From assembly GCA_036679645.1 (NCBI GenBank), contig JAZDCY010000004.1, positions 1 through 64,000 on the forward strand: a stretch of DNA of 64,000 nt, in the 5' to 3' direction. The notes beneath the pieces were generated by a model. That model was given only the letters and a program-made list of their open reading frames with translations. It was not told the origin of the DNA and did not search any database. This DNA comes from Gemmatimonadota bacterium. Its GTDB lineage: Bacteria > Gemmatimonadota > Gemmatimonadetes > Gemmatimonadales > GWC2-71-9. Numbering within the stretch: the first letter of the stretch is position 1; each line of letters opens with the position of its first letter. The translations under genes were made by a program, and so were the position numbers. Shown here piece after piece: positions 10,080-20,271 of the stretch.

Positions 10080-12026
10080 CTACTGCTCTTCGTACTTGTC
10101 CTTCAGGGCCTCCACGACCTTGGGATCCGCCAGTGTCGTGACATCTCCGAGCGTCCGGCCGGCGGCGATATCCTTGAGAAGACGTCGCATGATCTTGCCG
10201 CTCCGCGTTTTGGGGAGATCTGCCGTCACGATGACATCGTCGGGTTTTGCGATCGGTCCGATCTTCTTCGCCACGAAGTCCCGAAGCTCCTTGGTGAGGC
10301 TGTCGGATCCCTTCTGTCCTCCCCGTAGGATGACGAACGCCGCGAGCGCCTGACCCTTGAGGTCGTGAGGCTTGCCGACGACAGCAGCCTCGGCAACAGC
10401 GGGATGGGCGACGAGGGCGCTCTCGACCTCCATGGTACCGATCCGGTGGCCCGCCACATTGAGGACGTCATCCACGCGACCCAGGATCCAGAAGTAGCCG
10501 TCCTCATCACGTTTCGCGCCGTCGCCTGGGAAATAGGTGTCCGGCCATTTGCTCCAGTACGTCTCCCGATAGCGTTTGTCGTCGCCGTAGATCGTTCGCA
10601 ACATCCCCGGCCACGGGCTCGTGATCGCGAGGAACCCACCCCCCTGTTTGATCGTGCCACCGTCGCCGTCGAGCAGCGTCGCCTCGATACCGGGGAACGG
10701 GACCGTCGCCGATCCCGGTTTCGTCCGGATGACGCCGGGCAAGGGCGTGATCATGATCCCACCGGTCTCCGTCTGCCACCACGTGTCCACGATGGGGCAT
10801 CGCGCTCCGCCGATGTGCTTGCGATACCACATCCAAGCTTCGGGGTTGATTGGCTCGCCAACCGTCCCCAGCAGCCGGAGTGTCGAGAGGTCGTGCTTTT
10901 TCGGATACTCGGCGCCCCACTTCATGAACGCCCGGATTGCCGTGGGCGCCGTGTAGAAGACGCTCACGCCGTAGCGCGCCACGAGATCCCAGAACCTGTC
11001 CTTGTCGGGCCAGTCGGGTGTGCCTTCGTACATCACCTGCGTCGCACCAGCCGCCAGCGGCCCGTACGTCAGGTAGGTGTGGCCCGTCACCCAGCCCACG
11101 TCCGCCGTACACCAGAACACGTCTCCGTCCTTGAGGTCGAAGACGTACTGCGTCGTCGCGAGGGCTTGCGTCATGTAGCCGCCCGTCGTGTGCACGATCC
11201 CCTTCGGTTTGCCGGTCGTGCCTGACGTATAGAGAATGAACAGCATATCCTCCGCGTCCATCGAGGCGGGTTTGCAGAACGCCCCCGCGTCGGCCATCAG
11301 CTCGTGGTACCAGTGGTCGCGACCGGCGGTCATGGACACGTGCGTATCGGGCGACATCTCGTCCCGTCGCACCACCACGACCCGCTCGATCGAGTCACAC
11401 CCGTCGAGCGCGTCGTCCGCGTTCTGTTTCAGCTGCACGAACTGCCCACGCCGATACCCCACGTCCGCCGTAATGAGCACCTTCGCTTCGGTGTCGATGA
11501 TCCGGTCGCGCAGCGACTCGGCGGAGAACCCGCCAAAAACAACCGAGTGCGGCGCCCCGATGCGCGCACAGGCCAACATCGAGATCACCGCCTCCGGGAT
11601 CATCGGGAGATAGATGATTACACGATCGCCCTTCTTGACCCCCAGCTGCTTGAGCACGTTGGCGAGTTGGTTGACCTCGCGATACAGCTCCCAGTACGTG
11701 ATGGCGCGCCGGTCGCCGGGCTCACCTTCCCAGTAGAGCGCGACCTTATTGCGTCGTGCCGTCGTGATGTGCCGGTCGAGACAGTTGACCGATGCGTTCA
11801 GCTTGCCGCCCACAAACCATTTGGCGTGTGGTGGCTTCCAATCGAGCACCTTCTTCCACGGGCGCATCCAATCGAGTTCGCGCGCGCGCGCCGCCCAGAA
11901 GCGAAGGCGTGCCTTTTCGGCGTCCCGGTAGATCGTCCTGCTGCGTACGGTTGCCTGGCGCTTGAAGTCCTTGGGGGGCTCGAAGGAGCGCTTCTCTACT
12001 AGCAGGGTTTCGATCCGGTCGCGCAT
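10080..12026 (-). CDS. acs: Acetyl-CoA synthetase
   Basis: [20 protein letters not shown] and [11 protein letters not shown] motifs; start placed at MRDRIETLL. Confidence 0.95.
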   Translation of the reverse strand: MRDRIETLLVEKRSFEPPKDFKRQATVRSRTIYRDAEKARLRFWAARARELDWMRPWKKVLDWKPPHAKWFVGGKLNASVNCLDRHITTARRNKVALYWEGEPGDRRAITYWELYREVNQLANVLKQLGVKKGDRVIIYLPMIPEAVISMLACARIGAPHSVVFGGFSAESLRDRIIDTEAKVLITADVGYRRGQFVQLKQNADDALDGCDSIERVVVVRRDEMSPDTHVSMTAGRDHWYHELMADAGAFCKPASMDAEDMLFILYTSGTTGKPKGIVHTTGGYMTQALATTQYVFDLKDGDVFWCTADVGWVTGHTYLTYGPLAAGATQVMYEGTPDWPDKDRFWDLVARYGVSVFYTAPTAIRAFMKWGAEYPKKHDLSTLRLLGTVGEPINPEAWMWYRKHIGGARCPIVDTWWQTETGGIMITPLPGVIRTKPGSATVPFPGIEATLLDGDGGTIKQGGGFLAITSPWPGMLRTIYGDDKRYRETYWSKWPDTYFPGDGAKRDEDGYFWILGRVDDVLNVAGHRIGTMEVESALVAHPAVAEAAVVGKPHDLKGQALAAFVILRGGQKGSDSLTKELRDFVAKKIGPIAKPDDVIVTADLPKTRSGKIMRRLLKDIAAGRTLGDVTTLADPKVVEALKDKYEEQ

Positions 12027-12275
12027 GCACTGGCCTCGAGGTAGGGCTGGGGAGAGAGGAACCGGGGGCGGTCGGCCGCATCCGGCTACGGAGTATGTCC
12101 CCGACGGCGCGGCAAGTGAAGAGGCCGTAGAACGACTTGGACGGCCCTTGCAGAACGGCATTCCCAAGTGGCGGAGTGCGAGACCGATGGGGTGATCGGG
12201 GGTCACTCTCGCGTCCATAACTCGTTGTATGACAAGACGTTCAAGAGCTGCGCCGAGTCTTGCACTACAAGGAGG

Positions 12276-12581
12276 ATGAATCCGGACGGAGGAGTCGTGG
12301 AGCAGATCATCGAGGCGCCCACGGTGCTGACGATTGATGAACGGGCCTCGTTCAGGCGAGACGCGGTAGCGCGGCTAGCGCGCATGGTCGAGGGCGACTG
12401 TCTCGTGATCGACATGAGCGCGACGCAATCGGTTGATAGCGCCGGACTGGGCACCCTGATCGTCGTGCACCGTCACGCGGAGGGGCGGCGGCTCGGCGTC
12501 CGCCTGAGGCGTCCGTCGAGTGAGATGCGCGTGCTGTTGCGCCTCACGAAGCTCGACCAGCTCTTCGACGTGGAGGAGTGA
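12276..12581 (+). CDS. STAS domain protein (anti-sigma factor antagonist)
   Basis: [22 protein letters not shown] phosphoacceptor motif; [10 protein letters not shown] end. Confidence 0.85.
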   Translation: MNPDGGVVEQIIEAPTVLTIDERASFRRDAVARLARMVEGDCLVIDMSATQSVDSAGLGTLIVVHRHAEGRRLGVRLRRPSSEMRVLLRLTKLDQLFDVEE

Positions 12582-12643
12582 TCGGCAGTATATTTGCGCG
12601 TCCCTGTTTCCCTTGACAGACCCTGATGATCGACTGACTCCGG

Positions 12644-12986
12644 ATGACCGACGCCGCCAGATGAAGCCGCGCTCCTTCGGGTGTACGAGCGTAGGTATGG
12701 GAGTCGCTACCATCTGGCGCTCGCCGAGAGCGGGGCCGAAGCAAGGCGCCTGTTCGAGACGTTCGCGCCCGAGGTAGTCGTCCTCGACCTACAGCTGCCG
12801 GATGCCGATGGGATCGACCTGCTACGGGAGTTCCGCGCTGCTGTTCCTTCGCTTCCCATCCTGATCACCAGTGCGTACGCCAGCATGAAGCCAGTCGTGG
12901 AGATGTTGGGCATCGAGCACGGCGGGTACCTGGTCAAACCGTTCGATCTCGACGAGCTGGGACAGCGCATCGATGATCTCCACTGA
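12644..12986 (+). pseudogene. Single-domain response regulator with N-terminal frame-breaking deletion
   Basis: Receiver motifs VVLDLQLPD, ITSAY and YLVKPF are intact. ATG 12644 reads MTDAAR* while DEAALLRVYE continues in another frame, and the first beta-strand is missing. Confidence 0.6.
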
Positions 12987-13611
12987 TCCCGTTCTACGAG
13001 CTGAGAAGCTGTCTCGCAGCTTTGGCTATCGGCCGGTGCTGCGAGACGTGTCGCTGGAGTTGCGCCGCAGCCAGATGCTCGTGCTGGTGGGCGCAAACGG
13101 TGCCGGCAAGACCACGCTGCTCCGCGTACTTGCGGGCCTGCTGCGTCCAACGTCCGGCACGGTGGAGTGCTCCGTCCGAGTGGGAGCGGTGACGCACGAT
13201 TCGATGCTGTATCCCGCGCTCACCGCCCGTGAGAATCTCCGTTTTTTTGCACGTCTGTTGAACGTCAATGACCCGGAGCGCATTGATGAGTTGCTCGAGT
13301 TGCTGGGACTGGGGACCCGCGGGGACGACCGGGTGCAGACCTTCAGTCGCGGGATGGTGCAACGTCTCACGATCGCGCGTGCGCTCTTGCACCGGCCGCA
13401 ACTCCTGCTCCTCGATGAGCCATTGACCGGGCTCGACGCCTCCGGCCGGTGGGAATTGGTGGAGCGTCTGGGTACGCTGCGGGCCGACGGCGCCGCCATG
13501 GTCGTGGTGACGCATCAACCGGAAGCCCTCCACGATGTAGGGACTCACCTCGGTCGCCTCGACGGCGGACGCCTGCTGGCTTTGGAGCCGATGGGAGGCG
13601 TCGATGCGTGA
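12973..13611 (+). CDS. ccmA: Heme exporter ABC ATPase CcmA
   Basis: GANGAGKTT, FSRGM and LLLDEP motifs; directly upstream of ccmB/ccmC. Confidence 0.85.
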   Translation: MISTDPVLRAEKLSRSFGYRPVLRDVSLELRRSQMLVLVGANGAGKTTLLRVLAGLLRPTSGTVECSVRVGAVTHDSMLYPALTARENLRFFARLLNVNDPERIDELLELLGLGTRGDDRVQTFSRGMVQRLTIARALLHRPQLLLLDEPLTGLDASGRWELVERLGTLRADGAAMVVVTHQPEALHDVGTHLGRLDGGRLLALEPMGGVDA

Positions 13612-14284
13612 ATACCTGCGCTACGCGCTCACCATCGCGCTCAAGGACCTCGCCATCGAGTGGCGCACGAAGACCGCTTTTGCGTCAGGGCTCGCGTTTG
13701 CCATTCTAGTACTGGCGGTGCTCTTCTTCTCGCGCGACCCGACGGCCGTCGCCTCGCGTGACATCGCGCCCGGCGCTCTCTGGGTGACGTTCACCTTTGC
13801 GGCCATGCTCGGGCTCAACCGCGCGTTCTTCCTCGAGAGCGAGGAGCGCGCGCTGGACGCGGTGTTGCTGACGGGGATCCCCCGCAGCGCCATCTTCTGG
13901 GGGAAGTTCCTTGGGAACCTGGCGTTCGTAGGAGCGATCGAGGCGGTCTCGCTCCCGCTCTTTGTCCTCTTTTACGACATCGTGGTGTGGCCGTACCTGC
14001 CCTCGCTCGTGCTGGTGATTGCGATGGCGACCGTTGCATTCGTCGCCATCGGCACGATTCTGAGCGCCATGGTGGTGCGTACCCGCTACGCCGAGTTGAT
14101 GCTGCCGCTGCTGCTGTTGCCCTTCCTCGTGCCGCCGCTCGTGGGAGGTGTACAACTCACGGCCCGGCTACTCGACGGGCGGCCCTTGAGTGATTACTTG
14201 GGGTGGCTTAGGTTGATCGGCGCGTTTGACTTGGCGTTCGTTACCCTCGCTGCGGTGCTCTTTGGAGTGGTGCTAGACGAATGA
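13604..14284 (+). CDS. ccmB: Heme exporter protein CcmB
   Basis: KDLAIEWR, APGALW and LPLLLLP patterns; multi-TM. Confidence 0.9.
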   Translation: MREYLRYALTIALKDLAIEWRTKTAFASGLAFAILVLAVLFFSRDPTAVASRDIAPGALWVTFTFAAMLGLNRAFFLESEERALDAVLLTGIPRSAIFWGKFLGNLAFVGAIEAVSLPLFVLFYDIVVWPYLPSLVLVIAMATVAFVAIGTILSAMVVRTRYAELMLPLLLLPFLVPPLVGGVQLTARLLDGRPLSDYLGWLRLIGAFDLAFVTLAAVLFGVVLDE

Positions 14285-14982
14285 TGACCATGGATCGCGC
14301 CGAGCGCATGGCGCGCGTCGGAGGAGCCATCACCCTGCTGGCGTTGGTGGGGGTGATCGGCGTCTACGTTCGGGCGCTGGCGTTCACTCCGGTGGAGCGT
14401 TTCCAGGGTCTGGCTCAGAAGATCTACTACGTGCATGTGCCGAACGCGTGGGCGGCACTGCTGGCGTTCGTCGTGACCGGCCTGCTGAGTATCCTCTACC
14501 TCTGGCTCAAGGATCGGCGCATCGACTTGGCCGCCGCCGCGTCCGCGGAAGTCGGGATGGCGTTCGCCGTGGTCATGATGACGACCGGCCCAATCTGGGG
14601 AAAACCCATCTGGGGGACGTGGTGGACCTGGGATGCGCGGCTGACATCCACGCTCTTTCTCTTCCTGCTCTTCGTCGGCTACCTCGTGCTCCGGGGTGTC
14701 ATGACCGATCCCGGCGTTCGCGGCCGATTCTGCGCCGTGATTGGCATCATGGCGCTCGTGTTGGTGCCGTTCATCCATATGACCGTCTACCTGTTCCGCA
14801 CGCTGCACCCGCAGCCGATTCTCCTGAAACCCAGCGCACCGTCCCTCCCGGGCGCCATGCTGGTCACACTCCTGACGTCGATCTTCGTCTTTACGGTGTT
14901 GTATGTGGGGTTCACGACCCAGCGTTACGCCCTGGCCGTGATGCGCGAACTACGCGCTGAGGAGGCTGCCAATGCCGCCTGA
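14281..14982 (+). CDS. ccmC: Heme exporter protein CcmC
   Basis: YVHVP; WWD motif WGKPIWGTWWTWDARLT; RTLHP. Confidence 0.9.
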   Translation: MMTMDRAERMARVGGAITLLALVGVIGVYVRALAFTPVERFQGLAQKIYYVHVPNAWAALLAFVVTGLLSILYLWLKDRRIDLAAAASAEVGMAFAVVMMTTGPIWGKPIWGTWWTWDARLTSTLFLFLLFVGYLVLRGVMTDPGVRGRFCAVIGIMALVLVPFIHMTVYLFRTLHPQPILLKPSAPSLPGAMLVTLLTSIFVFTVLYVGFTTQRYALAVMRELRAEEAANAA

Positions 14983-15085
14983 TAACGGGGGCTACATGGT
15001 AGCGGCGTACATCATCACGGCCGTCGTCGCGCTCGGGTACGCGGTCTCTTTGTTCGTCCGCATCCGAGCCGCGAAGCGGCGCTAG
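14972..15085 (+). CDS. ccmD: CcmD-like small membrane protein (37 aa; absent from the ORF track)
   Basis: MPPDNGGYMVAAYIITAVVALGYAVSLFVRIRAAKRR*; GAGGAGG RBS; one TM plus basic tail; overlaps the ccmC stop. Confidence 0.7.
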   Translation: MPPDNGGYMVAAYIITAVVALGYAVSLFVRIRAAKRR

Positions 15086-15321
15086 TCAGACCACGTCCGG
15101 CCGGTCTCTCTCTCCCACAACGTGACGGCCTGTTGTGCCGCGTCCGGGTCTCCCGCCGCGCGCAGCTCGGCGGCGTTCGCCTCGAGGGCGTCCGGACCCG
15201 CACCGCGCTCTCCGCGGCGGCCACTCCGCCCAGTGGGTCCTCCGCCGCCAGGCGGCTTGCAACCACTGCCCGGTGCGCGTCTCCAAAGGCGGGGGACCAG
15301 AAACAGGCGCGCCGTAACCAT
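15082..15321 (-). CDS. Small hypothetical ORF, possibly frameshift-damaged
   Basis: Protein-like N- and C-terminal parts lie in one frame; the protein-like middle (AFGDAHRAVVASRLAAEDPLGG) lies in another. Confidence 0.3.
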   Translation of the reverse strand: MVTARLFLVPRLWRRAPGSGCKPPGGGGPTGRSGRRGERGAGPDALEANAAELRAAGDPDAAQQAVTLWERETGRTWSD

Positions 15322-15391
15322 GGCTCCGCCTGGTCGGGGCTTCGCGCGCCCCGCGCGCGGGTTCGGAAGACGAATCCGGGAGCGGGCCCGG

Positions 15392-16081
15392 CTACGGTTC
15401 CGGGTCTCCGTCCCGCGGAAGCAGCACCTTGGCCCACAGCAGGCCGGCGACGGCGGCTCCCAGGGCGGGCCCAAGCCAGTAGGCCGCGTGACCGACCCAC
15501 TCCCCGGCGACGAGCGCCGGTCCGAAAGCCCGGGCAGGGTTCATTGCCGCTCCCGTCAGCGGTCCACCCACCAGGATGTCGAAGAGCAACACCATTCCAA
15601 TCCCGAACCCGCCCACCTTGGGCGCGTGCGGGGATACGGCGGTCCCAAAAACGGCTGACACGAGGAAGAACGTGAGAAAGGCCTCGATCAGCACGGCGTT
15701 GGTGAGCGTAATGTCCGCCGCGATACGTGGCACGCCGTAACCCGTCGCGACGCCCGCCGACGACGGCAACACCCACTGGATGCAGAGCGCGGCCACGACC
15801 GCCCCAACCAACTGAGCCACGATGTAGAGTGCGGACTGCTTCAGTTTGATCTTGCCCGCCAGCCAGACGCCGAAGGTCACCGCGGGGTTCAGGTGCCCGC
15901 CGGAGATGTTCATCGTGGCGGTGATCATGACGGAGAGCACGAGGGCATGCGCAAACGCGATCCCGCCGAGACCAAGGACCCCGTTCTGGTCCGCGTTCAT
16001 GACGACGGCGGCGCCGCCGATGAAGACCAGTCCGAACGTTCCAATGAATTCGGCCAGCAGTGGCCGCACGGTTGCTCGCAT
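15392..16081 (-). CDS. MIP family aquaporin
   Basis: SGGHLNPAVT and AMNPARAFGP (two NPA motifs). Confidence 0.95.
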   Translation of the reverse strand: MRATVRPLLAEFIGTFGLVFIGGAAVVMNADQNGVLGLGGIAFAHALVLSVMITATMNISGGHLNPAVTFGVWLAGKIKLKQSALYIVAQLVGAVVAALCIQWVLPSSAGVATGYGVPRIAADITLTNAVLIEAFLTFFLVSAVFGTAVSPHAPKVGGFGIGMVLLFDILVGGPLTGAAMNPARAFGPALVAGEWVGHAAYWLGPALGAAVAGLLWAKVLLPRDGDPEP

Positions 16082-16177
16082 GGCGCTCCTCAGGGGTGGC
16101 GGACGGTGAGTGGGTGGCGACAGACCCGCGTGCGACAATGGATAACCGCCGGGTGCCCACCGTCAACCGCTCCCGGA

Positions 16178-17410
16178 CTATGCCCGTTTGAAGACCAGGC
16201 TCGCGTTGACCCCGCCGAACCCGAAAGAGTTGGACAACGCAAACTCAGGGTGCCCGCTGAGCCCCCCATTGTCGAGGTAATTCAGGTCGCAGGCTGAATC
16301 GGCGCAAGTCAGGTTGATCGTCGGGGGGAACCAGCCGCGGGAGAGACCCAGTGAGGTGATGGCTGCCTCGAACGCGCCGCTCGCTCCGAGCGCATGCCCG
16401 TAGTACCCCTTGGTTCCCGACACTGCCAGCGCGTACGCATGCTCCCCGAACACGTCCTTGAGGGCGGCGGTCTCGGTGCTGTCATTGAGCGGCGTCGACG
16501 ATCCGTGCGCATTTACGTACGCGATGCATTTGGGCGCCACCGAGGCGTCCGCGAGGGCCAGGCGCATGGCTCTCGCCGCTTCCCGGCCTCCCGGTTTTGG
16601 GGCCGTCATGTGGTAGGCGTCGTTGGTGAGCCCGTATCCCAGGATCTCAGCGTATACCGGTGCCCCGCGTGCCTTCGCACGATCGCCCGATTCGAGCACT
16701 AGCACCGCGGCACCCTCGCCCATCACGAAACCGTCGCGGTCGCGGTCGAACGGACGGCTCGCGGTTGCGGGATCGGCGTTCCGCGTCGACATCGCGCGTA
16801 TCATGGCGAACGCACCAAAACACAGTGGTGAGAGCGGCGCCTCGGCACCACCCGCGAGCATGACGTCGGCGTAGCCGTCGCGGATCGCGCGAAAGGCGTC
16901 GCCGAGGGCGATTGTGCCGGAGGCGCAGGACATGGCATTTGTGGCATTCGGCCCAGTGCAGCCCAGATCGATTGCGATGTTGCACGAGACCGCGCCGGCG
17001 AACACCGTGAGCGCGAGGTTCGCATCGACGGCGCGGAGTCCGCCATGGTAGTAGCTGTGTGCCTGGTGTTCTGCGTGGGCGACACCGCCCAGGGCGGAGC
17101 CCATCATGACACCAATGCGGTCCGCGTCTTCCCGAGTCGTGTCGAGGTGAGCGTCGGCGACGGCAAGGCGTGCGGACGCGACCCCCAGTTGCGAGAACCG
17201 ATCGAAGCGCCGAGTCTGTTTGCGGGTCAGATGGTCTGCCGGGGTAAAATCGTCGATCTCCGCGGCGATACGGCTCCGGAACGGTTCGGGGTCGAACCGC
17301 GTGATCGTGCGGACGACCGAACGTTTCGCCGCGAGTCCCGACCAGAGCCCCTCGACACCCGTTCCGATGGGGGTGACACACCCGATCCCCGTTACGACCA
17401 CAGACCTCAT
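16178..17410 (-). CDS. fabF: Beta-ketoacyl-ACP synthase II (FabF-like ketosynthase)
   Basis: VVVTGIG start; Cys-His-His triad (MSCASG, NAHGSST, GHALGASG); SNSFGFGG. Confidence 0.9.
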   Translation of the reverse strand: MRSVVVTGIGCVTPIGTGVEGLWSGLAAKRSVVRTITRFDPEPFRSRIAAEIDDFTPADHLTRKQTRRFDRFSQLGVASARLAVADAHLDTTREDADRIGVMMGSALGGVAHAEHQAHSYYHGGLRAVDANLALTVFAGAVSCNIAIDLGCTGPNATNAMSCASGTIALGDAFRAIRDGYADVMLAGGAEAPLSPLCFGAFAMIRAMSTRNADPATASRPFDRDRDGFVMGEGAAVLVLESGDRAKARGAPVYAEILGYGLTNDAYHMTAPKPGGREAARAMRLALADASVAPKCIAYVNAHGSSTPLNDSTETAALKDVFGEHAYALAVSGTKGYYGHALGASGAFEAAITSLGLSRGWFPPTINLTCADSACDLNYLDNGGLSGHPEFALSNSFGFGGVNASLVFKRA

Positions 17411-17862
17411 GCCGCCTCCGCCTGCTGCTTGACCCCCGCCAGGGTGCGGGACGCGATCCCATGAATGAACACGGGACCGATGACCCAATTGGCGGCGATC
17501 CGACCGATCAATGGCCAGCGGGGTCCCGGCCACTCGTGCACGATGGTGACCTCGCAGCCGACCCGGTCCCCGCGGATACGCCACTCGACGTCCATGCCTC
17601 TGGTGACGCCGTCGGTGTGCCGATACCGGATCTGCCCGGCCCGCGGATCGGCTGCCATCTCCGATATCCACCAGGTCGGGTACTTGAACAGGCCGAAGGG
17701 TCGCCACGCCGCCATCTCGACGAGCCCGCCGTCGTCGCGCCGCTCCAGCATGCGGACCCACCGATAGTGGCGCAGGAAGTCCGGCCAGCGTTCCACCCCT
17801 ACCGCGAGACGGAAAACCTCATCGCTTGAGGCGGCGATGCGAATGCGATCAAGTGTGCGCAT
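17407..17862 (-). CDS. SRPBCC/START (polyketide cyclase/aromatase-like) protein
   Basis: VF.LA..VERWP.FL.HYR pattern; overlaps both neighbours. Confidence 0.8.
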   Translation of the reverse strand: MRTLDRIRIAASSDEVFRLAVGVERWPDFLRHYRWVRMLERRDDGGLVEMAAWRPFGLFKYPTWWISEMAADPRAGQIRYRHTDGVTRGMDVEWRIRGDRVGCEVTIVHEWPGPRWPLIGRIAANWVIGPVFIHGIASRTLAGVKQQAEAA

Positions 17863-18550
17863 TTGCTTTCCACACCGCGACGAGCCGGAATCCCGGTCGC
17901 CGGTGCACCGGTACCACGACGCCGGCTGCGGCGAACAGGGCCGCGAGTTCCGGGGCAGTGAAGCTTCTCCGGACCGAGAGGGGCCCGTCGTGTCGTGTGG
18001 CTGGATGGAATCCTAGAAGTCTGCCAGCGAGCCGGATTCCGGTTGCCGCCAGCGGGGTGCGGCGAGGCTCGGCGACCACGACGCCGATGCGCGCCAGGCT
18101 CATGAAGTTGCGCAGCAACTCGACCACTGACGCCCGCGCGAAGTGATGCAAGAATTGACTCGCGAGCACGAAATCTACCGAACGCGGGCGAAACGGGACT
18201 GCACTCACATCGGCGATCACGGCGTGCGTGCCACCTTCACGGCAGAGCGACGCCGCGGTCGTGTGGAAATCCAGTCCCACCGGCGTGATCGCGATGCCAC
18301 GCCGCGCTGCACAGCGCGCGAGATACCGGGCGATGTCACAACTCCCCGCCCCGATGTCGAGCAGCGTGAGCGGACGTTGAGGCACGCCCTCCGCCAGCAG
18401 GCGACGCAGACCAAACCACGCGGCGCCCCGACCGCCAAACAACGTGTTGGACACCGCGATGTCGCCAAGCGTAGCACGTGCCACGTCCGCCGGACAGTCG
18501 GGCGCGTCGAGTGCTTCCAATCCGAGGGGTGAGGGGGTCAACGTAGTCAA
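17849..18550 (-). CDS. Class I SAM-dependent methyltransferase
   Basis: LLDIGAGSCD SAM motif; SQFLHHF; HDGPLSVRRSFT; start uncertain (TTG). Confidence 0.8.
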   Translation of the reverse strand: MTTLTPSPLGLEALDAPDCPADVARATLGDIAVSNTLFGGRGAAWFGLRRLLAEGVPQRPLTLLDIGAGSCDIARYLARCAARRGIAITPVGLDFHTTAASLCREGGTHAVIADVSAVPFRPRSVDFVLASQFLHHFARASVVELLRNFMSLARIGVVVAEPRRTPLAATGIRLAGRLLGFHPATRHDGPLSVRRSFTAPELAALFAAAGVVVPVHRRPGFRLVAVWKANAHT

Positions 18551-19023
18551 CGCAGGGTTCCGTACGCGCCCCTGAAATGAAGCAGGGGAGCGCGGTCGTG
18601 GACGGTGCCCCGGATGACGGACCCAAGGAAGATCGTGTGATCTCCGGCATCGATGGTCTTCCACGTCTTGCACTCGATGTGTGCCGCGACCCCTTGCAGC
18701 AACGGCCAGTCCTCGCGGCCGGTTGAATCTGCGAGGGGCTCAAACCGGTGGGCCGCATCGGCCGCGAACCGATGCGAGATTTCCTCTTGGCCTTCCGCCA
18801 GCACATTGAGCACAAACGCGTCGGTCGCGAGCAGGATATCGTGGCAACTTGCCTGTTTCCCAATACACACGAGAAGCAGCGGCGGGTCGAGCGAGACCGC
18901 CGCGACGGCGCTCGCCGTCATACCTATCGGTTGACCCGCCTCGTCCACTGTGGTCAACACAGTGACCCCCGTGGCAAAAGAGCCAAGGAGTTGGCGGAAA
19001 GTCTGCGGGTCGACGTGGGTCAT
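18547..19023 (-). CDS. Flavin reductase family protein
   Basis: FATGVTV, GMTASA..VSLDPPL and AGDHTIF motifs. Confidence 0.9.
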   Translation of the reverse strand: MTHVDPQTFRQLLGSFATGVTVLTTVDEAGQPIGMTASAVAAVSLDPPLLLVCIGKQASCHDILLATDAFVLNVLAEGQEEISHRFAADAAHRFEPLADSTGREDWPLLQGVAAHIECKTWKTIDAGDHTIFLGSVIRGTVHDRAPLLHFRGAYGTLR

Positions 19024-20219
19024 CTTGCGATTTGCCAGAGGAACGATGGTGAGAGCACGCGGTGCGCGGGCACGAAGTCTCCGGTGACGCCAACCAGTAG
19101 ATCCGCCAGCGCGGGCCGGTCTGCAAGGCGCCGGCTGATGCGATTGAACAGGGCCGGTGCGGAGATAATGCGGGCTATGACGCGTTCGAGTATCCACTTC
19201 CCGCCAAAAGCTCGGCGTCGGGCCCGATCGTAGCCGCGCAGCGCGTGCGCTCCCAACGCGCCTCGCTCGAGCGCCTCTGTAAGCATATCGCTCGCGAGTT
19301 CTGCCCCGTGCAACGCCGCGTAGATACCCTCCCCGGTGAAGGGATCGTAGAAGTCGGCGGCATCGCCGACTAGCAGGGTCCGGTCCGCTGTCGCGCGGGA
19401 CGTCCGCCGAGCAAACGGACCGACGGCGCGGACGGGTGAGACGCGATGCGATGTGGCGAGACGGCGAGCAACTTCGGGAAACCGCGCGATCGCTCGTGTG
19501 AATCGCTGCGCTGGCGTCCCGTGTGCGTCGCGCATCGTGTCCTGCACGATGGCTACATTGGTCACGTCGCCGCCGATAGGCGCGAGCCCCACGTAGGCCC
19601 CCCGGGCAACGTGCATCTCCCCGACATCCGTCATCCCTTGCACGCCCGTCGCGTGCGTCACCAGCGCGATGCGGCGCCAAGCCCCCCCTCGCGCGACGCC
19701 CAATCTGCGCGCAATGCGTGAGTGCAACCCATCCGCTCCGACCAACGTGTCCGCGGTGAGAGATTCCCGGTGACGTTCCCTCCTGATCTCGATGCGAACT
19801 CCATCACCGTGTACGGAAAACCCCTCGACGAGGGAGCCCTGGAAATCGGTCGCCCCCGCCGCCACTGCGTTCTCCAGGAGCATGGTATCGAGTACCTCTC
19901 GTGGCAGCGCAAGCCCGTGGTTCGAGAACCCGCGGAACCCGTGCGTGCCGTCGAATCGTCCTACGAACGACACACCGTTTGGGCTCGTGATCCGCATTCC
20001 GGTGAGGTGCGCCGGCTGTGTACCGAGCAGGCTCTCGAGGATGCCCAACCGAGCGAGCACACGGCTCGACTCGGGGCTCAGATACTCCGCGCAGGGTTTT
20101 GGTCGCGGGAAACGGGCCCGATCCATGACGGCGACGCGCATGCCCCGCCGTGCCAAAAGAGTCGCGGTGGCGCTGCCGGCGGGCCCGGCGCCCACAATGG
20201 CCACGTCGAAATCGGTCAC
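19020..20219 (-). CDS. FAD-dependent oxidoreductase (geranylgeranyl reductase-like family)
   Basis: IVGAGPAG, FPRPKPC, VGADG and LVGDAA..DPFTGEGI motifs. Confidence 0.85.
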   Translation of the reverse strand: MTDFDVAIVGAGPAGSATATLLARRGMRVAVMDRARFPRPKPCAEYLSPESSRVLARLGILESLLGTQPAHLTGMRITSPNGVSFVGRFDGTHGFRGFSNHGLALPREVLDTMLLENAVAAGATDFQGSLVEGFSVHGDGVRIEIRRERHRESLTADTLVGADGLHSRIARRLGVARGGAWRRIALVTHATGVQGMTDVGEMHVARGAYVGLAPIGGDVTNVAIVQDTMRDAHGTPAQRFTRAIARFPEVARRLATSHRVSPVRAVGPFARRTSRATADRTLLVGDAADFYDPFTGEGIYAALHGAELASDMLTEALERGALGAHALRGYDRARRRAFGGKWILERVIARIISAPALFNRISRRLADRPALADLLVGVTGDFVPAHRVLSPSFLWQIAR

Positions 20220-20271
20220 GTGGCAGGGAATCCCGCCCCGCTGGACGCCCCTGGTGAGGCAGAGACTGCGC

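Noticed and set aside
12027..12218. Extended N-termini in the ORF track (acs, lysC, fabF, pilS, GT-C, flavin reductase and others)
   Set aside because: The extensions overlap neighbours or lack homology-like sequence; downstream starts fit RBS and overlap patterns better
12248..12264. Sigma54 promoter before the STAS gene (CTGCGCCGAGTCTTGCA)
   Set aside because: The invariant GG at -24 is absent
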